A stretch of DNA of 64,000 bases, from NCBI RefSeq assembly GCF_001194135.2, contig NC_068984.1:32361978-32425977 (forward strand), in the 5' to 3' direction. The position numbers were made by a program, and so were the translations under genes. Within the stretch, counting starts at the first letter, position 1; each line of letters starts with the position of its first letter. The notes below the pieces were generated by a model. The model had not been told where the DNA came from. It made no database searches and worked only from the letters and a program-made list of their open reading frames with translations. Origin of the DNA: Octopus bimaculoides. Lineage: Eukaryota. Positions 23,631 to 36,991 of this stretch are shown piece after piece.

Positions 23631-25639
23631 AAATGTTATTGGAATTCAAGTACATGCCTTCTGCGAACATGTGCTGGTGGGAAATACTGAGTAATGATGA
23701 AATAAACAGACTATTTTCAAATAAATATAACCTGTACTTAACCTTTTGAGAACTTTATTTTTCATTTGTATACATAAACATATACCCACTCCTGTTCTGT
23801 TAAACCCTATTTACAAACCGAGGTTATACAGTCACAAATGGTAAAGCACAATCTCATCTATTCCTTGCAAGACATGCAAATATATCTCCAAAGGTGGAAA
23901 GTAAATGGCTGATATTTTAACAGAAGCAACAATAAAAATGCTAGTTGAAAGAGGCATCTTTTGTAGAGCTCAAATATAAACCCATACTCACACATACATA
24001 CGCATGCATGCATTTGTGTATGAGGGTGTGTGTGTGTGGCAATGTGTGTACTTATACATATGTATGCATACTCTCACACTCATATACATACGTATGCACA
24101 CACACATACTCACCCATATTTACATATATATGAAACATCATTTCGTGTTAGCTTTTAAATTAGTAGTCTGTCACAAGGAGACAAAATAAACATATGAAAT
24201 GAAATACAAAAACACAAAAGAAATGATGATAAACCATTCAACATCGACAAAGAATTCTCTACAATTTCCTTCAATTCAACCTTATGTAACAAAACCAATT
24301 TTCTCATAAAATTCTTCTAATCACATATCTTTTTATATAAATCGATTTCACTTTTAAAAAAGAAAAACGGTTTATATCTAAATATTTATTTGTCATTCTG
24401 TTTTTCTTTTAAACAGATTTATTCTTTATTTCATTATAATGCTGTATGAAAGTGATTTGTAGTTGATGTTATTATTGTTATTAGTATTGATTTTAAGAAG
24501 AAAAAAATTGTCAATCATATGTAATGATTTTTCAATAGTTTCCTTTCTGTTTATCTCTCCTTCCTTAAACTAATTTATCTTTCTGTCAGTAGAGGTTGTT
24601 AAATATTTATTTAGTTTCTGGTTCTGTTCTAATGGGTTACCAAGGAGACACTGATTATCATCACTACCTGTAATTTTTCCTATGACAATTTAATAATAAA
24701 ATTACACAGACACACAGACACAAGCACACACGCATACATACGTGCATACACATATATACACACATAATAACATAATACATACAAACAGACACATAGGCAG
24801 GCAGATAGATAGATCTAGTGAAATTTCTTACATTTAGACTTATATATTTTGATTCATTCCGTAGTAAAGTACATGTATCAGTATACTAATTTCTTTTGAA
24901 TGGTTAGCTTTGCCACATGCTTTTTCTTTAAAAATTCTGCCCATTGGGATGGAATAGTTGTTCCATTTAATTTTAAAATAGAGAAATTTATAAAATAAAT
25001 GATTATATTAAATAACGTTAGACCCCAGGTAGTTTAAAAAAATTTTTTTTTTTAGGTTTTACTCTAAACAAAGATATATCTGCATCAGATGTAACTGAGC
25101 AATAATGAGTCTTCTTTTAGTATGCTGAATAATAATTTTCATTGAACAAGACTATGACTTCCATAACCAATGCTCATCTTAATAAACCTGCATGAATGAA
25201 AGCTTGAGATGATCCTGAATGGACTGGGACTTTGAATACAAATAAATGCAAATAATCCTTTGCTACATTCAGCCTCATGTTTTGCTGTTTCTATCAATTT
25301 GTTGTACTCTGCTAATTCATTGTTTCTGGCAGCTCGTAAGTAATATGAATGATCATGAAAACATTGATGACTTCGATGATGCTGATAAGGATGATTACTT
25401 TTATTCATGCTGAAAGCATTAGGAGGCAATTTATTACAAAACAAAAACCAAACTAAGAAAACTAATATGTTGTGTTACTAATAAATGTAAAATTATATAA
25501 ACACTATTGAATATACACTCATTTGATGCTTTTCCCTTTGTAATAGTTTTACTTTATTGTGTGGATAGACGATTAAGATGCCACAAATATTATTCTGTCT
25601 TATTTGGAGTTTGCTGTAATTTGTGGCTGAATGACTGAA

Positions 25640-26030
25640 AGTTCATGCAGGACCAGTAAAATCTATGACTGGTCTTTCTCTTTTTACTCGCTGTTCTGGA
25701 GGAAGGTGAATTGCCCATGTTTATTGTAGGCCAGTTGCAATTGACGAAACTGAGAGTCTGTTCCAACTGTTGCAAGTCAACACTTGCAGGAAAGATATGA
25801 ACAAAGATATTTCAGAAGACTAATAGTTGAAGGAGAAATGGTTGGGCATAGTGATTAGAGTGAGGTCTGATAGGTGGATTGAACACAACAAGGGTGATTA
25901 GAGAAGGATAATCAAATTGGTCAAGAGTACACATAGCTAACTGGGCTGTGAAGGGTGTGATATAGTGGATGATATGAGAGAAGGTGTACAGTTTAACATG
26001 ATACCAGTAGTGAGAAAATCCTGACACTTT
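25640..26030 (-). mobile_element. decayed CR1/L2-like LINE 3' end
   Basis: Minus strand: PIRPHSNHYAQPFL...*NIFVHIFPASVDLQQ, matching the usual (R)TNHY..SF.P...WN.LP..IFP...L..FK C-terminus. Confidence 0.55.
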
Positions 26031-26069
26031 TCAGTTATAAAAATAATAAATATATACATCTAAAGATTC

Positions 26070-26420
26070 ATTGATATAAAGATGACATATATGAAAGAAA
26101 ATATTTTATCATATTATTTTGTGATTTGTGATTAATGTCAATTCCTTCATTAAATATTTTGCTTTTTAGTTTTGATAATATAAGTTGATCTAAAGTTGAA
26201 GCTGTGTTTTGATCAAGAAGTTGTTTTGCAGAAGAATGTTCTTTTCCTTCAACCAGAGTTATGATATTTGCTTTCAAATATATTTATGCAAAGTAGTTTT
26301 TATTGTCCTCCATTCTTTTTACTATGCTAGCAAGAATTATCCACTCTAACCTTGCCATCTCTTCAGATAATTCTCTATCAGGTCTAGTGTTCATAGGTGA
26401 ACTTTAACTGCATCTTTTGC
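26070..26420 (-). mobile_element. very decayed LINE endonuclease-like fragment (RTE-like)
   Basis: Near-open minus frame with RELSEEMARLEWIILASIVKRMED, reminiscent of the APE N-terminal EL..EL...KWDIIGLSEVRR; two stops. Confidence 0.33.
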
Positions 26421-27599
26421 TATAAACAAAAATAATATATGCTTATCTTAAGAAAGAATGTTTACATGGCTCCACAAAAATATTCATCAGAAGCTTCTGT
26501 GAATAAATTTTGTTTACAAATATATGTTATTCAATTACATATGGCATTTAAGACACTCGCTGAATCATTTAATAGTAAGCTAGAAAAATACAAGATGAAA
26601 TAAAAGAACGAAAAAGTAGCAAGCAAATTTAAGCATGAACATGTAATATCTTTCTAATTTTGGCCATAATTTAACATAAACAAGATCTGCTGAGAAATGT
26701 CATAATAAAAAACTTTTCTTATATATATATATATATATATATATGCAACAAAAGCTGAGAGAATTTTTTCCTTAGACAATGCTTAAAATGTTCTAATAAA
26801 CAATTTTATATTAATAATGATAAGCAATGATGTGAAGGTTAAAACTGAGGTTGTCATCATCTTATGATTGAATTTGTACAGGACATATGCTTTTTATTAA
26901 GTAGTTTCAAAGGTTAAATGTGAATATTTCAAGCCAGAATAACTGTTTTGAATTACTGGCTTTATAGAATTTGTCTTTGATATTCATGAAAAATGAAATA
27001 CTACAACTTGACTAGAATTAAATTTTATATGTATCAATAAATCAGGAATATATTTCTGGAATACAAAATTCCCCAAGATGTGTTTACTAATAAACTATAT
27101 GCAAGGAAAGAATGCAGCTTGTACAACAGACGAAATCAAATATTGAAATTGTTAATATAGTTAAGTATGCTCGCCCAGACATATAATTCATGTTATTCTA
27201 TCTAGCAAGAAAATTCTTCAGAGATCAGCCTTATTTGATGACAAAATAATAGACATTAAGAAAAGTATGTTGCAGAAATAGTAGAGCATTGACAAACAGA
27301 ACAATGACTTACAGTATTAAGTACAGACATTCTAAACTGAGAGTTCAAATCCTATCTGAGCTGTTTCTCTCTTTCATTTCTAGGTCTACAAGGATAAAAT
27401 AAGCTGCAATACATTAAGCCTTCTATAATTAGCCATCACCACGTCATTGAGCTTTAAATGATAATATGGTTTATTATTTTAAATTGCATACTTCTCCAAG
27501 TAGATGGAAGTTCTTCAGAGACATCTGCTCAAAATCTTTAGAATATTTATTCAACTCCTGGAATTACCAAAAAGACTTTTTAAAAATTATTTAATCATT

Positions 27600-28055
27600 A
27601 GGCTTCCCCAGAGAAATGAATATGAAACGGTAGTGAACCCTGGCAGCCACAATGGGAAGCAAAATGGAAAAGGGATTTAACGAGAGTAATCTCCCTCGAG
27701 CTTCTAGAATGTTTGAGAGCTTTCTGAAAACTTCCAGTTTATGTGAAAGTCAGGGACTTCCAGTTCATCCCTTATATAAGGGAAGGAATTTCTAAATTCA
27801 TGCCACTCAATGTTTGTCGATTCTTCGACATACCTGAGTCAGGCCGCCACACATACACACCTGCTTGCACACACATTCGCCTCACTTACTTGGAGACATG
27901 TGGTTTGCAAACAGCGTATATTCATATAATGTTACAAGCTTTCCTTCAATTAACCTTATATGTTAGCACACTATTTCTAGTAATAAATGTTATGACTTAT
28001 TACAAGCGTCTCGTGAATTTCTATTTTCTTGTTAAGAACAAGATGGTGACCCCCG
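27600..28055 (+). mobile_element. possible LTR remnant followed by PBS
   Basis: CpG-richer block with tatataag and aataaat, ending ...aagaaca, followed by tggtgacccccg, resembling a Gypsy PBS. The 5' boundary is uncertain. Confidence 0.4.
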
Positions 28056-28370
28056 CTTTCTCTCATACTGACTAAATTATAGTGTGTCATTTATTCGACA
28101 TTACCACTATACAATGGTAATCGTGACATCACTATAAAACCATTGTGTTTTGATTCTTCACAAGAAAATCTTAAAGGTAAAGATGTATCAGTTGTTGGTA
28201 GAAAGGATTTGTATGAGTAATTAGTATAATGTTAATAGGTTTCAGACTAAGTATGACAAGAAGCGGAGAGTCACAGATAATGAGTATATTGGTCAAAAGC
28301 AATTGTTCAGAGTAGTAAACATCATAGTAAATACAGAACAAGGAAACAGTGTTTGTGTAAGTAGTTGCAC

Positions 28371-29760
28371 CTCTCCTTGGAATATGCCTTTGCGGCGAGC
28401 TGGCAGAATCGTTAGCACACCGGGCGAAATGCTTAGCGGTATTTCGTCTGCCGTTACGTTCTGAGTTCAAATTCCGCCGAGGTCGACTTTGCCTTTCATC
28501 CTTTCGTGGTCGATAAATTAAGTACCAGTTACGCACTGGGGTCGATGTAATCGACTGAATCCGTTCGTCTGTTCTTGTTTGTTCCCTCTATGTTTAGCCC
28601 CTTGTGGGCAATAACGAAATAGGTATTGTATTCTATCAGTGATAAGACAGTCATTCTTTGCGTTTAATTTCAACATGGTGGCCCATGATGAAGTCAGATC
28701 AGCTATGGATTTGATTATTCTTACTGGAACTTTTGCAAGTTGAAGGGCTTCTAGCATCCCTGAGTGGGGAACAGAGTCAAAGGCTTTTTTGTAATCTAGC
28801 CACATTGAAACTAGGTTCTTCCTATGCTCCCACACCTCTGACATCACAGTTTTGTTGATTAACAATTACTCGGCACATCCCCAGACTCCCTTCTTCTCAG
28901 TTGTTTGTTCTGCTGTGATAATGTTATTGGTTTTCAAAGTGGTCTTGGAGGAAGAGATTTAAACATGTGTATATCTTATACATTAAGTTCTAGCATGCAA
29001 TTGACCAGTAGTTTTTTGCCATGTGGGTGGTTCTGCATTTGTGGATCAATTTTGTCTCTGCCAGAGCTAGCCTGTGTGGTATGCTACTGTTCCCAATGAA
29101 AGCTTGCTGGTACAAATTGATAAGCTATGGTTGGTAGAATGTTAGCTTCTAGTACCAATATCCAACCATCAAGTTTCTTCCAGGTGCTTTTCCATTCTGG
29201 AGTTTCTGGATCACAGTTGCAAGAGTTTCACCATCAATGTTGTATGTCTTAGATGTAATGCAGGAGCAATAACTTATTCGGATCTCTTCCAGCCACAGAG
29301 CATCTTGGTTAAATTATTTCTCTTCACTCCAGATTTTCCTCCAGGAGGAGTCTATGTCTTCTCATGAAGGAGTTTTCATGATATTTATTGCTCCTCCTCT
29401 CATGTCTCTGTATATGGCTACCTGTTTGCAGTTAATTTTTTTGTTTATTGTTCTTCTCTCACTTATCCTCTTCCAATGTTGGAGTTTTTCACTGACAGAC
29501 AGCTTTTAGCTCCTGCTTTAGGGTAATCAGTTTGCAAGTGAGTGTCCCCTTTTTTTCTGTCTCCAAACATAATTTCTATCTCCTTCTTTACTTTCTGTTG
29601 GTGAGACATATAGTGATTTGCTTGTTTGCATGCAATAAGCATCATTACATGACTGACGGTCTTCTGTAAACCCGTTATCTTTTTTTTCTCTCTCTTCAAA
29701 AGCCACGATGGTACTTTCTTTGTTATTTTGGTTATGTTAACTTTTTGAAGTGTGCAGGTA
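28371..29760 (-). mobile_element. RLE-type (R4/Dong-like) non-LTR RT N-terminal fragment
   Basis: Minus strand: KLQNGKAPG...KNYWSIAC*NLMYKIYT...KKGVWGCAE*LLINKTVMSEV...WLDYKKAFDSVPH...IQYL [SINE] KGIFQG. Confidence 0.9.
28392..28620 (+). mobile_element. SINE family A, young full-length copy
   Basis: CpG-rich and intact; head gcggcgagctggcagaatcgttagc, gttctgagttcaaattcc. Confidence 0.93.
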
Positions 29761-30559
29761 TGCATGTATCTATATTGGCGGAAACTAGATTGTTGTTACT
29801 ACTGGAGACTGTTTCTGAGAAATGAGTTCAATGAAGCAAGCAAGTCAGTCATGAGATGCCTATATTTCCTGAAGAATGAAGAATAGTATAATCTATATAA
29901 GAATGTCTCTGGTTACAATTAACAGAGTCATTAATTAACAAGATTATCAATATACAGATGAAAACTGTTTGAGAGATACGACCAAGAGCTGAGGTATTGT
30001 AGATGATAGACTGTTGGCCAGAGAGCTTAGTTAACATATACTACAAGACAATGGTCAGACAGGAAACTTGTAATCTAAGTAAAGAGAGATGATTGAAGTG
30101 AATAGGAAAGAAGCTTGTTCCGGACATTGTTAAATGCTTCAGTAATACATAGGTTATAATATTGCTTTTGTCTAAGTTTCTAAATTATCATAATAGAAGA
30201 GAATAGATTTTCGATAAATTTTGGTTCTGTGGAAACTATATTACTGGTTACTAAGATGGAAAAGACTACTTATTCATGTTTATGTCTACTTTTCCATACT
30301 AGTATAAGTCATACACATGTGTATTATAGTATGAAAGCACTGTTTTACAGATAGTTGCTCTTCCTGTAGCTAAACTTATCTGTTTTTCATATAGGGAATC
30401 TTTTATTCCCCATACCATTGAAAGTGGAAAGTCAACAAATGATTGAGAAGAAAATTACAAAAACATCACCACAGAGGATCTAGCCAGTATTCAATGTCGA
30501 TTGACTCTACTTACGATAGATCAGTCATGTTCTAAGAAAAACATATTTGACCACTTTGA

Positions 30560-31200
30560 CTGCACTTCCAACATTTATTTAATTTTCTAACACTTAGAGC
30601 AGAAAACTCTGGAAAATGTTGTGTATTACATGAATAATATACCAATGGGTGATCGTCCAAGTGTATAAGAGGTGTAGTTTGCAAACAAGTCATTCTCAGA
30701 TGAAAAAGAACCAGGTGAGACTGGGATCTTAGTAGAAGTGTGGCAAATTCATTAACTATTTCCATTAGTTGATGCTGGAATCATGGAAAAATCATGATAT
30801 CCTGCAGAAGTGAAAGGATGGAAACATCATCTCGATATACAAGAAGAGTGGTAGAAATGAATGTGAAAATGTCTGGAGATTTTTCTGTATGCTGCACCTG
30901 GGAAGAGCCTTGCAAGAGTGAAAAATCAAAGTTGTTCTATTTGAAACACAATGTTACTTCAGAAGAGGAGGAAGCCCCATGGATATGGTGATCTGTCTCC
31001 ATCAGATCCAGAAAAATGTGTGGAACAGGATATGGCACAGTATGTGGTCTTCATTATTTTCTCAATGGATAGATAAAACTTAGTTGTGAAGCCAAATCTT
31101 CTACTCAAAGCTGGCTTGTACAACAACAAGAAAAAATAATCAGGATACAATAAGTCTGAATAGAGACTGACTGAGATACAAGGATGTGATTAAACAGAAG
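30560..31200 (+). mobile_element. old RTE-like LINE RT C-terminal remnant
   Basis: Stop-riddled frame YPAE...M*KCLEIF...RVKNQ...QKRRKPHGYG...CVEQDM, resembling YGAETW...EMKCLRRI...V.N...KRRL.W.GH. Confidence 0.35.
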
Positions 31201-31414
31201 ATTAGGATATTAAGCTTTGACATTGTCAGTAGGAGGAGAGTAACTCAGAAATGGGAAGCTTAAATGGTTTCTACTTTCTATTGATTTTAGGAAAATGATC
31301 CACTTTTGACATTATGACTTGTGTGAGAGATGGACAGTCATCAATGTGTATCAACAGACAATCAATGTTGTAAACTTAAAATGACATTAAAACTATGATA
31401 CTGTAGAAAACATA

Positions 31415-31620
31415 TGAGTGGGTACTGAAAAGTTCTTGGCTTAAAGGGTATCTTAAAAGGCCTGGTTGGAGGCCCGGCCCTCTAATTTCTCTAATAGGGC
31501 TTAGAAAAACTGAAGGGATGCTGTAATTCTGGGAGGGTATTATGTTCAATAAAATCATAATTAACTGATCCTCCTGTATTTTCTTTTACCCAAATCCAGG
31601 AACTTTTCAACAGCCCCTCG
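31415..31620. mobile_element. mariner-type MITE with TA target site
   Basis: ta|tgagtgggtactgaaaagttc ... gaacttttcaacagcccctcg|ta form imperfect TIRs. Confidence 0.78.
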
Positions 31621-31653
31621 TAGTATTAATATTAAAATGAATATTCAACTTAC

Positions 31654-31711
31654 ATCAAACTTGCAAGTGGGAAACTCAACTGTTCTGTAATGCTCATTCA
31701 GACACTTTATA
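31654..31711 (-). CDS. candidate 58-nt exon (phase 2-0), xIKCLNEHYRTVEFPTCKFD
   Basis: Acceptor ttgttttctcataacag, donor GAT|gtaagt, open frame. Confidence 0.35.
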
Positions 31712-32884
31712 CTGTTATGAGAAAACAATTTTCATCGCTTCCTAGTCGTTTTGGGATATAGATATTCAATGCCCTAACAGCTACATGCAAATAATATATT
31801 TTTCTTGGAAAAATATAAATATGAAATACAAGACAAGCTATAATTCTTTACTAAAACAACATTATGCAAGGTGGAAAAAATAATTACTGCAGTGTATTTA
31901 GTCTTAAAATTTCTCATTTGAATACTTAAAAATTTTCCCTAAAATTATGATTTACTATAAATGGAATGTTTAGATGTAATTTGCTATCAACAAAATATTA
32001 ACGTAATTTATAAAATAATTTTTACTTTATTGTCAATAAAATGTCATGGAGAATAAGAGAATAAAGACAAAACCTGATACATTGATTTGAGGCTGAGTGT
32101 AAATTGGTATGTGAATTAGTGCAAGTAATGACATATCAAGTTTGAATCTTTGATGGATGATGGCTATTAAGTTATAAAGTGACATTGCAGATATCATCAA
32201 TTATTATTATTATTTTTGTTTTCAATAGAATATCCAATACAGAATTATATTTCCCTTCAGAATTTTAAGGAACATTTTCGAAGATTGAATCTATTTATGA
32301 AGTGATGGAATTATTATTCTACATTTCGATATTTCATGGCTTATATAAATTAAGTTCAGTGATTTATATTTCATTTTTGATACATCATTTTATTATCCTT
32401 TTTTTTTTGTTTATTTTTTTGCAAAGGAGAGCATCTTTAGGGTATTTCAGGAATTGCAAGATATTAATGTTCTGAACTGTGAAATTTAAATAGGATCTAC
32501 TTCTGACTAATTTAGTGGAAGCACTTTTCACTGCATCCTTTATTAGGTCATATGTTGTGGTAACGGAAAAGAGCTTTATGGAATTCTAACATCGCTAGAA
32601 TCACAATTCCCTTAATCAAGTCAATAACTTTGTGATAGGCTGTGTTTTCTGATATCACCGGTGTGACACTGACCCCATAGTGCCAAAATTACCTAGCTAT
32701 TAATTTCTTGTTCTATTTAATTGTTTAATAGCTATCATAAGATGGTACAACCTCCCATTGTAAGCTGAAAGATTATTTACATATTAGTGACAAATCTGAA
32801 ATAGAAACTGCTGCAGATAAACCAACCATGTTCTGATGTTCATTTAAAAAACTGTCAAATGATTAGTGCTTTAGAAATTAGTAT

Positions 32885-33247
32885 GATCACAATTCTGCAA
32901 TACCTATAGGATAAAGACCTCCTTCAGTCACGAATGACCATTGTATTGCACATAGAAAGTTTTCCTCCAGGGAACAAATCCAAGCAAAGCTGTTTGTAGA
33001 AGACCAGCAGCGCCCATGCATACCAGTCTCCCATCTCCACACACCCAATGTTGTCCAAGAGAAAGGCAAATGCTGATACAGCTTGGCACCAGTGACATTG
33101 CAACCCATTTCTACAACTGAGTGAACTGGAGCAACATAAAATAAAGTGTTTTGCTCAAGAACACAACACACAACCTGGTGCAGGAATTGAACTTACAGCA
33201 TTACAATTGTAAGCCTGACACTAACCTCAGAGCCATTGCACCTTCAC
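32885..33247 (-). mobile_element. tRNA-derived SINE with central gtgttcttgagcaaaacactttattt...ttgctccagttcactc core
   Basis: The minus strand has an A/B-box-like head, then a conserved core of the type found in V/Meta-like SINE domains (assignment from memory). Confidence 0.7.
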
Positions 33248-33955
33248 NNNNNNNNNNNNNNNNNNNNNNNNNNNNNNNNNNNNNNNNNNNNNNNNNNNNN
33301 NNNNNNNNNNNNNNNNNNNNNNNNNNNNNNNNNNNNNNNNNNNNNNNNNNNNNNNNNNNNNNNNNNNNNNNNNNNNNNNNNNNNNNNNNNNNNNNNNNNN
33401 NNNNNNNNNNNNNNNNNNNNNNNNNNNNNNNNNNNNNNNNNNNNNNNNNNNNNNNNNNNNNNNNNNNNNNNNNNNNNNNNNNNNNNNNNNNNNNNNNNNN
33501 NNNNNNNNNNNNNNNNNNNNNNNNNNNNNNNNNNNNNNNNNNNNNNNNNNNNNNNNNNNNNNNNNNNNNNNNNNNNNNNNNNNNNNNNNNNNNNNNNNNN
33601 NNNNNNNNNNNNNNNNNNNNNNNNNNNNNNNNNNNNNNNNNNNNNNNNNNNNNNNNNNNNNNNNNNNNNNNNNNNNNNNNNNNNNNNNNNNNNNNNNNNN
33701 NNNNNNNNNNNNNNNNNNNNNNNNNNNNNNNNNNNNNNNNNNNNNNNNNNNNNNNNNNNNNNNNNNNNNNNNNNNNNNNNNNNNNNNNNNNNNNNNNNNN
33801 NNNNNNNNNNNNNNNNNNNNNNNNNNNNNNNNNNNNNNNNNNNNNNNNNNNNNNNNNNNNNNNNNNNNNNNNNNNNNNNNNNNNNNNNNNNNNNNNNNNN
33901 NNNNNNNNNNNNNNNNNNNNNNNNNNNNNNNNNNNNNNNNNNNNNNNNNNNNNNN
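33248..33955. other. assembly gap (N run)
   Basis: N run. Confidence 1.
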
Positions 33956-34242
33956 AGGGCATTACTATACAATAACGCCTCACGCCATGAGGGACTCTAA
34001 GGTCAGACTACTATAAAAAGCACATTTTTACCGAATGCGAAGAAATGCAACTCTCAAAGTGAACCCCTTAAAAACGGACTTAAATTATAGATCATGATTT
34101 CGTAGTTATTGTAGTATTATACAACTTCTACTCGTCAGTATAATATGGTCAAGAAAAATAGAAATAAACAGTGAATCAACATACCAAACGAACACCGTGT
34201 ATCCAGCATAGCATATAGACGACTGTTCATCGCTAATGCCCT
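33956..34242. mobile_element. putative non-autonomous DNA element with AGGGCATTA termini
   Basis: agggcatta at 33956 and taatgccct at 34234-34242; the first ~50 bp recur inverted at 55504-55553. Confidence 0.45.
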
Positions 34243-34269
34243 TATATAAATATACATACATATATATGT

Positions 34270-34460
34270 ATTTTTGTGTGTGTGTTTGTTCCCCCACCTT
34301 CGTTTGACAACCGATGCTGGTGTGTTTACATCCTCGACGTAAAAGAGACTGATAGATTAAGTACTAGGCTTACAAAGAATAAGTCTTGGGGTCAATTTGG
34401 CGATTAAAGGGGGTGCACCGGCATGGCTGCAGTCAAATGACTAAATGAAGTAAAAGAATA
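34270..34460 (+). mobile_element. SINE family B, 3' half
   Basis: ttgacaaccgatgctggtgtgtttac...ggcttacaaagaataagtc...gcagtcaaatgact. Confidence 0.8.
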
Positions 34461-35652
34461 GTGAATGCGTTGCATCAATCCAATACATATCCTATGAAGA
34501 TATATTAATATTTACTGCTGTAATTTAATGTTAATGGAAGGATTAGAAAAGTGAAGGCACATACACTTGTTGTCAGAGTGTTGCACACAAGATTGCAAGA
34601 TTGTTAATTTTGTTCCTGGATCAGGTAGTGCATTGTGTTCTTGAACATTCTTCCAGTTCATTCAACTGTAATTGAATAACTCTGCAATGGACTGTTATCC
34701 TGTTCAAGGTGAATGTTGTGATCTCAGTCATTTATGTATCATGGAAGCTGGGTAACTGGCCCTGTGAGTCCTAGGACTCAAAACAGTAATGTCCATGGTT
34801 AGTGATGATGCTAAATGCTTTGAACTTGAGATCTCAATATCTTATTCATAACACTGGGATTTCTTATCTTTATCTATAGCTCTTTAAAAAAAAGCATTTT
34901 AAACATTATATTTATGTTCATGATGTGTTATCATACCTTATAATTTACTTGGTTTAGGAGAAGGTTGTACAAATTGAAAAATTTACAATAAAAAGCATTT
35001 GCTAAGAATATTTTTGTAAAACACGTTCTTTGTTAATCCTCATGAATGTGACAATTTTTTCATTTTTTAAAATTAGACTGTGCTTGTTTGATGTAAAAAG
35101 ATCTTTGACAATCCATACATGTGTTTCAATTATATGAGCCTTTCAATTCATGACAGAATGAACAAAATAAAGTTTCAAAAAAATATGAACTTAAAAGAAA
35201 TGTTTGTAGGCCTAACATATTTGTCTCTGAACTGAGGTTTTTTTTTTTTCTTTGTTTCCTAACAATGAAAGCATGTCTAAAAGTCTATGTCAGCATGCCA
35301 TTTAACAAGCTAACAATGTAGTGTAAATTGTACAACACCCACATCTGCCATCATAAAAATGTACCCAATATAAATATTATCCATTTTCGTGATGCAATTT
35401 GAGGAAGTGATAAAATACAAGAAAGAAAATCAGCTTGCTGCTTCATTTTCCCAAAACGGAATGAATAAAAAAAGAAAAGGTAACAAGTAGTAGTAGTAGT
35501 AGTAGTAAAATATTGAGATATAAACTGCATTAAAGGCACAAATGTATTAACTAGTTATCTATTCTTTAATTCTTAAATTTTACCCATTATTGTAAAACAA
35601 GTGTAATACACTGATTTTTCCCAAAATTCTCTACCATTATCTCAAAACTTAC

Positions 35653-35713
35653 TTGGTATTGAATATTTTCGAAAACATGTTCTATAGGCTGAATTATTTT
35701 CCTATTCACATTT
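35653..35713 (-). CDS. candidate 61-nt exon (phase 2-0), xNVNRKIIQPIEHVFENIQYQ
   Basis: Branch-like ctaat plus acceptor ttcttcag, donor CAA|gtaagt; in phase with 36036-36081. Confidence 0.4.
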
Positions 35714-36035
35714 CTGAAGAATTACATTAGAAATGAGTCTAAAGTACCATGCAAAATAAATAAATAAATAAAAGAGAAAGAAGCTTTAAAATAATATAAA
35801 GCTGAATGAAACAATATTAGTACAGAAAATTTACATGGATGCATCTATGTTTAGTGTCATTGAAGCCCACATAATTTTCTAGTAAAATAAGGAGCAGTGG
35901 TTTAATAATTTTATGCTTCTTTTTTGTGTATATTGGTGTATTGTATAATAGATGTGTCTTTTAATTTAAATGTCTATACTAAAAATACAAAGTGTTCAAA
36001 ACTGACACAGAACAAGATTTTTTAAAAACTCTCAC

Positions 36036-36081
36036 TGATATGAAGAAATCACAGCTTTGCAGATGTTTGCAATTTGTAATT
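36036..36081 (-). CDS. candidate 46-nt exon (phase 1-2), xLQIANICKAVISSYQ
   Basis: Acceptor gcttttcag, donor CA|gtgaga; splices in frame to 35653-35713 across a 322-nt intron. Confidence 0.4.
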
Positions 36082-36174
36082 CTGAAAAGCTTCATAAATT
36101 TTGGTTCAAAATGTTATGGTATATGTGTGTTTGTATGTATATATATATACATATATCTACATATATGGTAAAAA

Positions 36175-36360
36175 CGAGTAGTACCTGTATTTCAAAGGGC
36201 CAGCCTCGTCACAATCTGTATCACGCTGAATCTCCCTGAGAACTGCATTAAAGGAACATGTGTCTGTGGAATGCTCAACCACTCGTATGTTAATTTCATG
36301 AGCAGGCTGTTCTGTTGATTGTATCAGCTTGGACCCTTGTCATCATAACCAACAGTGCTT
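36175..36360 (+). mobile_element. SINE family D, 3' tail
   Basis: acctgtatttcaaagggccagcc...gcaggctgttc matches 57925-58107. Confidence 0.78.
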
Positions 36361-36955
36361 CTATACATACACACACATATATGCATATATAAATATACAG
36401 TCTGTTAAAGTCTGTCATACCGGCCATGACGAAGGGAAATAGCCCTGAAACTCGAGTCGCCTTTATATATTTATATTTATATATTTGATCCTTTATATTG
36501 AACACTCAATATTTCATCTACATTCAATACTTTCTTTCATGGTGCCATCCATTTTTATTTTATTTTATATTATATATTGTATATTATATTGTATATTCCA
36601 TATTCTATACCCCACATTGGTTGTGCAGGAATATAAATAAAACATAAAAAAAACAGACAGTGTTGGAACTCTTTTAAACAAAATAATATATTCCTCTATA
36701 CACAATCATACAAAAAACCCCACCTTTTTTGTATTTATTTTTACTCGCATATATAAATATATGTATATATAAATATATGCATATATACAAAAATGGATTT
36801 GGAGTTAATTTAACTCTTATTTTAGCATAAGCAGTGCTAGTCAGCATCCTCCATCACTTTTGTGACCTCTAAAAGTTTTGCCTTTAGGTTCTAATTGCTA
36901 ATGGGTTACTCTTTTAATTTTTTGTATACATACATACATTCATACATACATATAG

Positions 36956-36990
<35 letters not shown>

Positions 36991-36991
36991 C

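Noticed and set aside
29780-30060. Faint Helitron-like peptide fragments (YFLKNEE..., RELS*HILQDN)
   Set aside because: Too short and stop-ridden; no Helitron termini or Rep/helicase motifs are visible.
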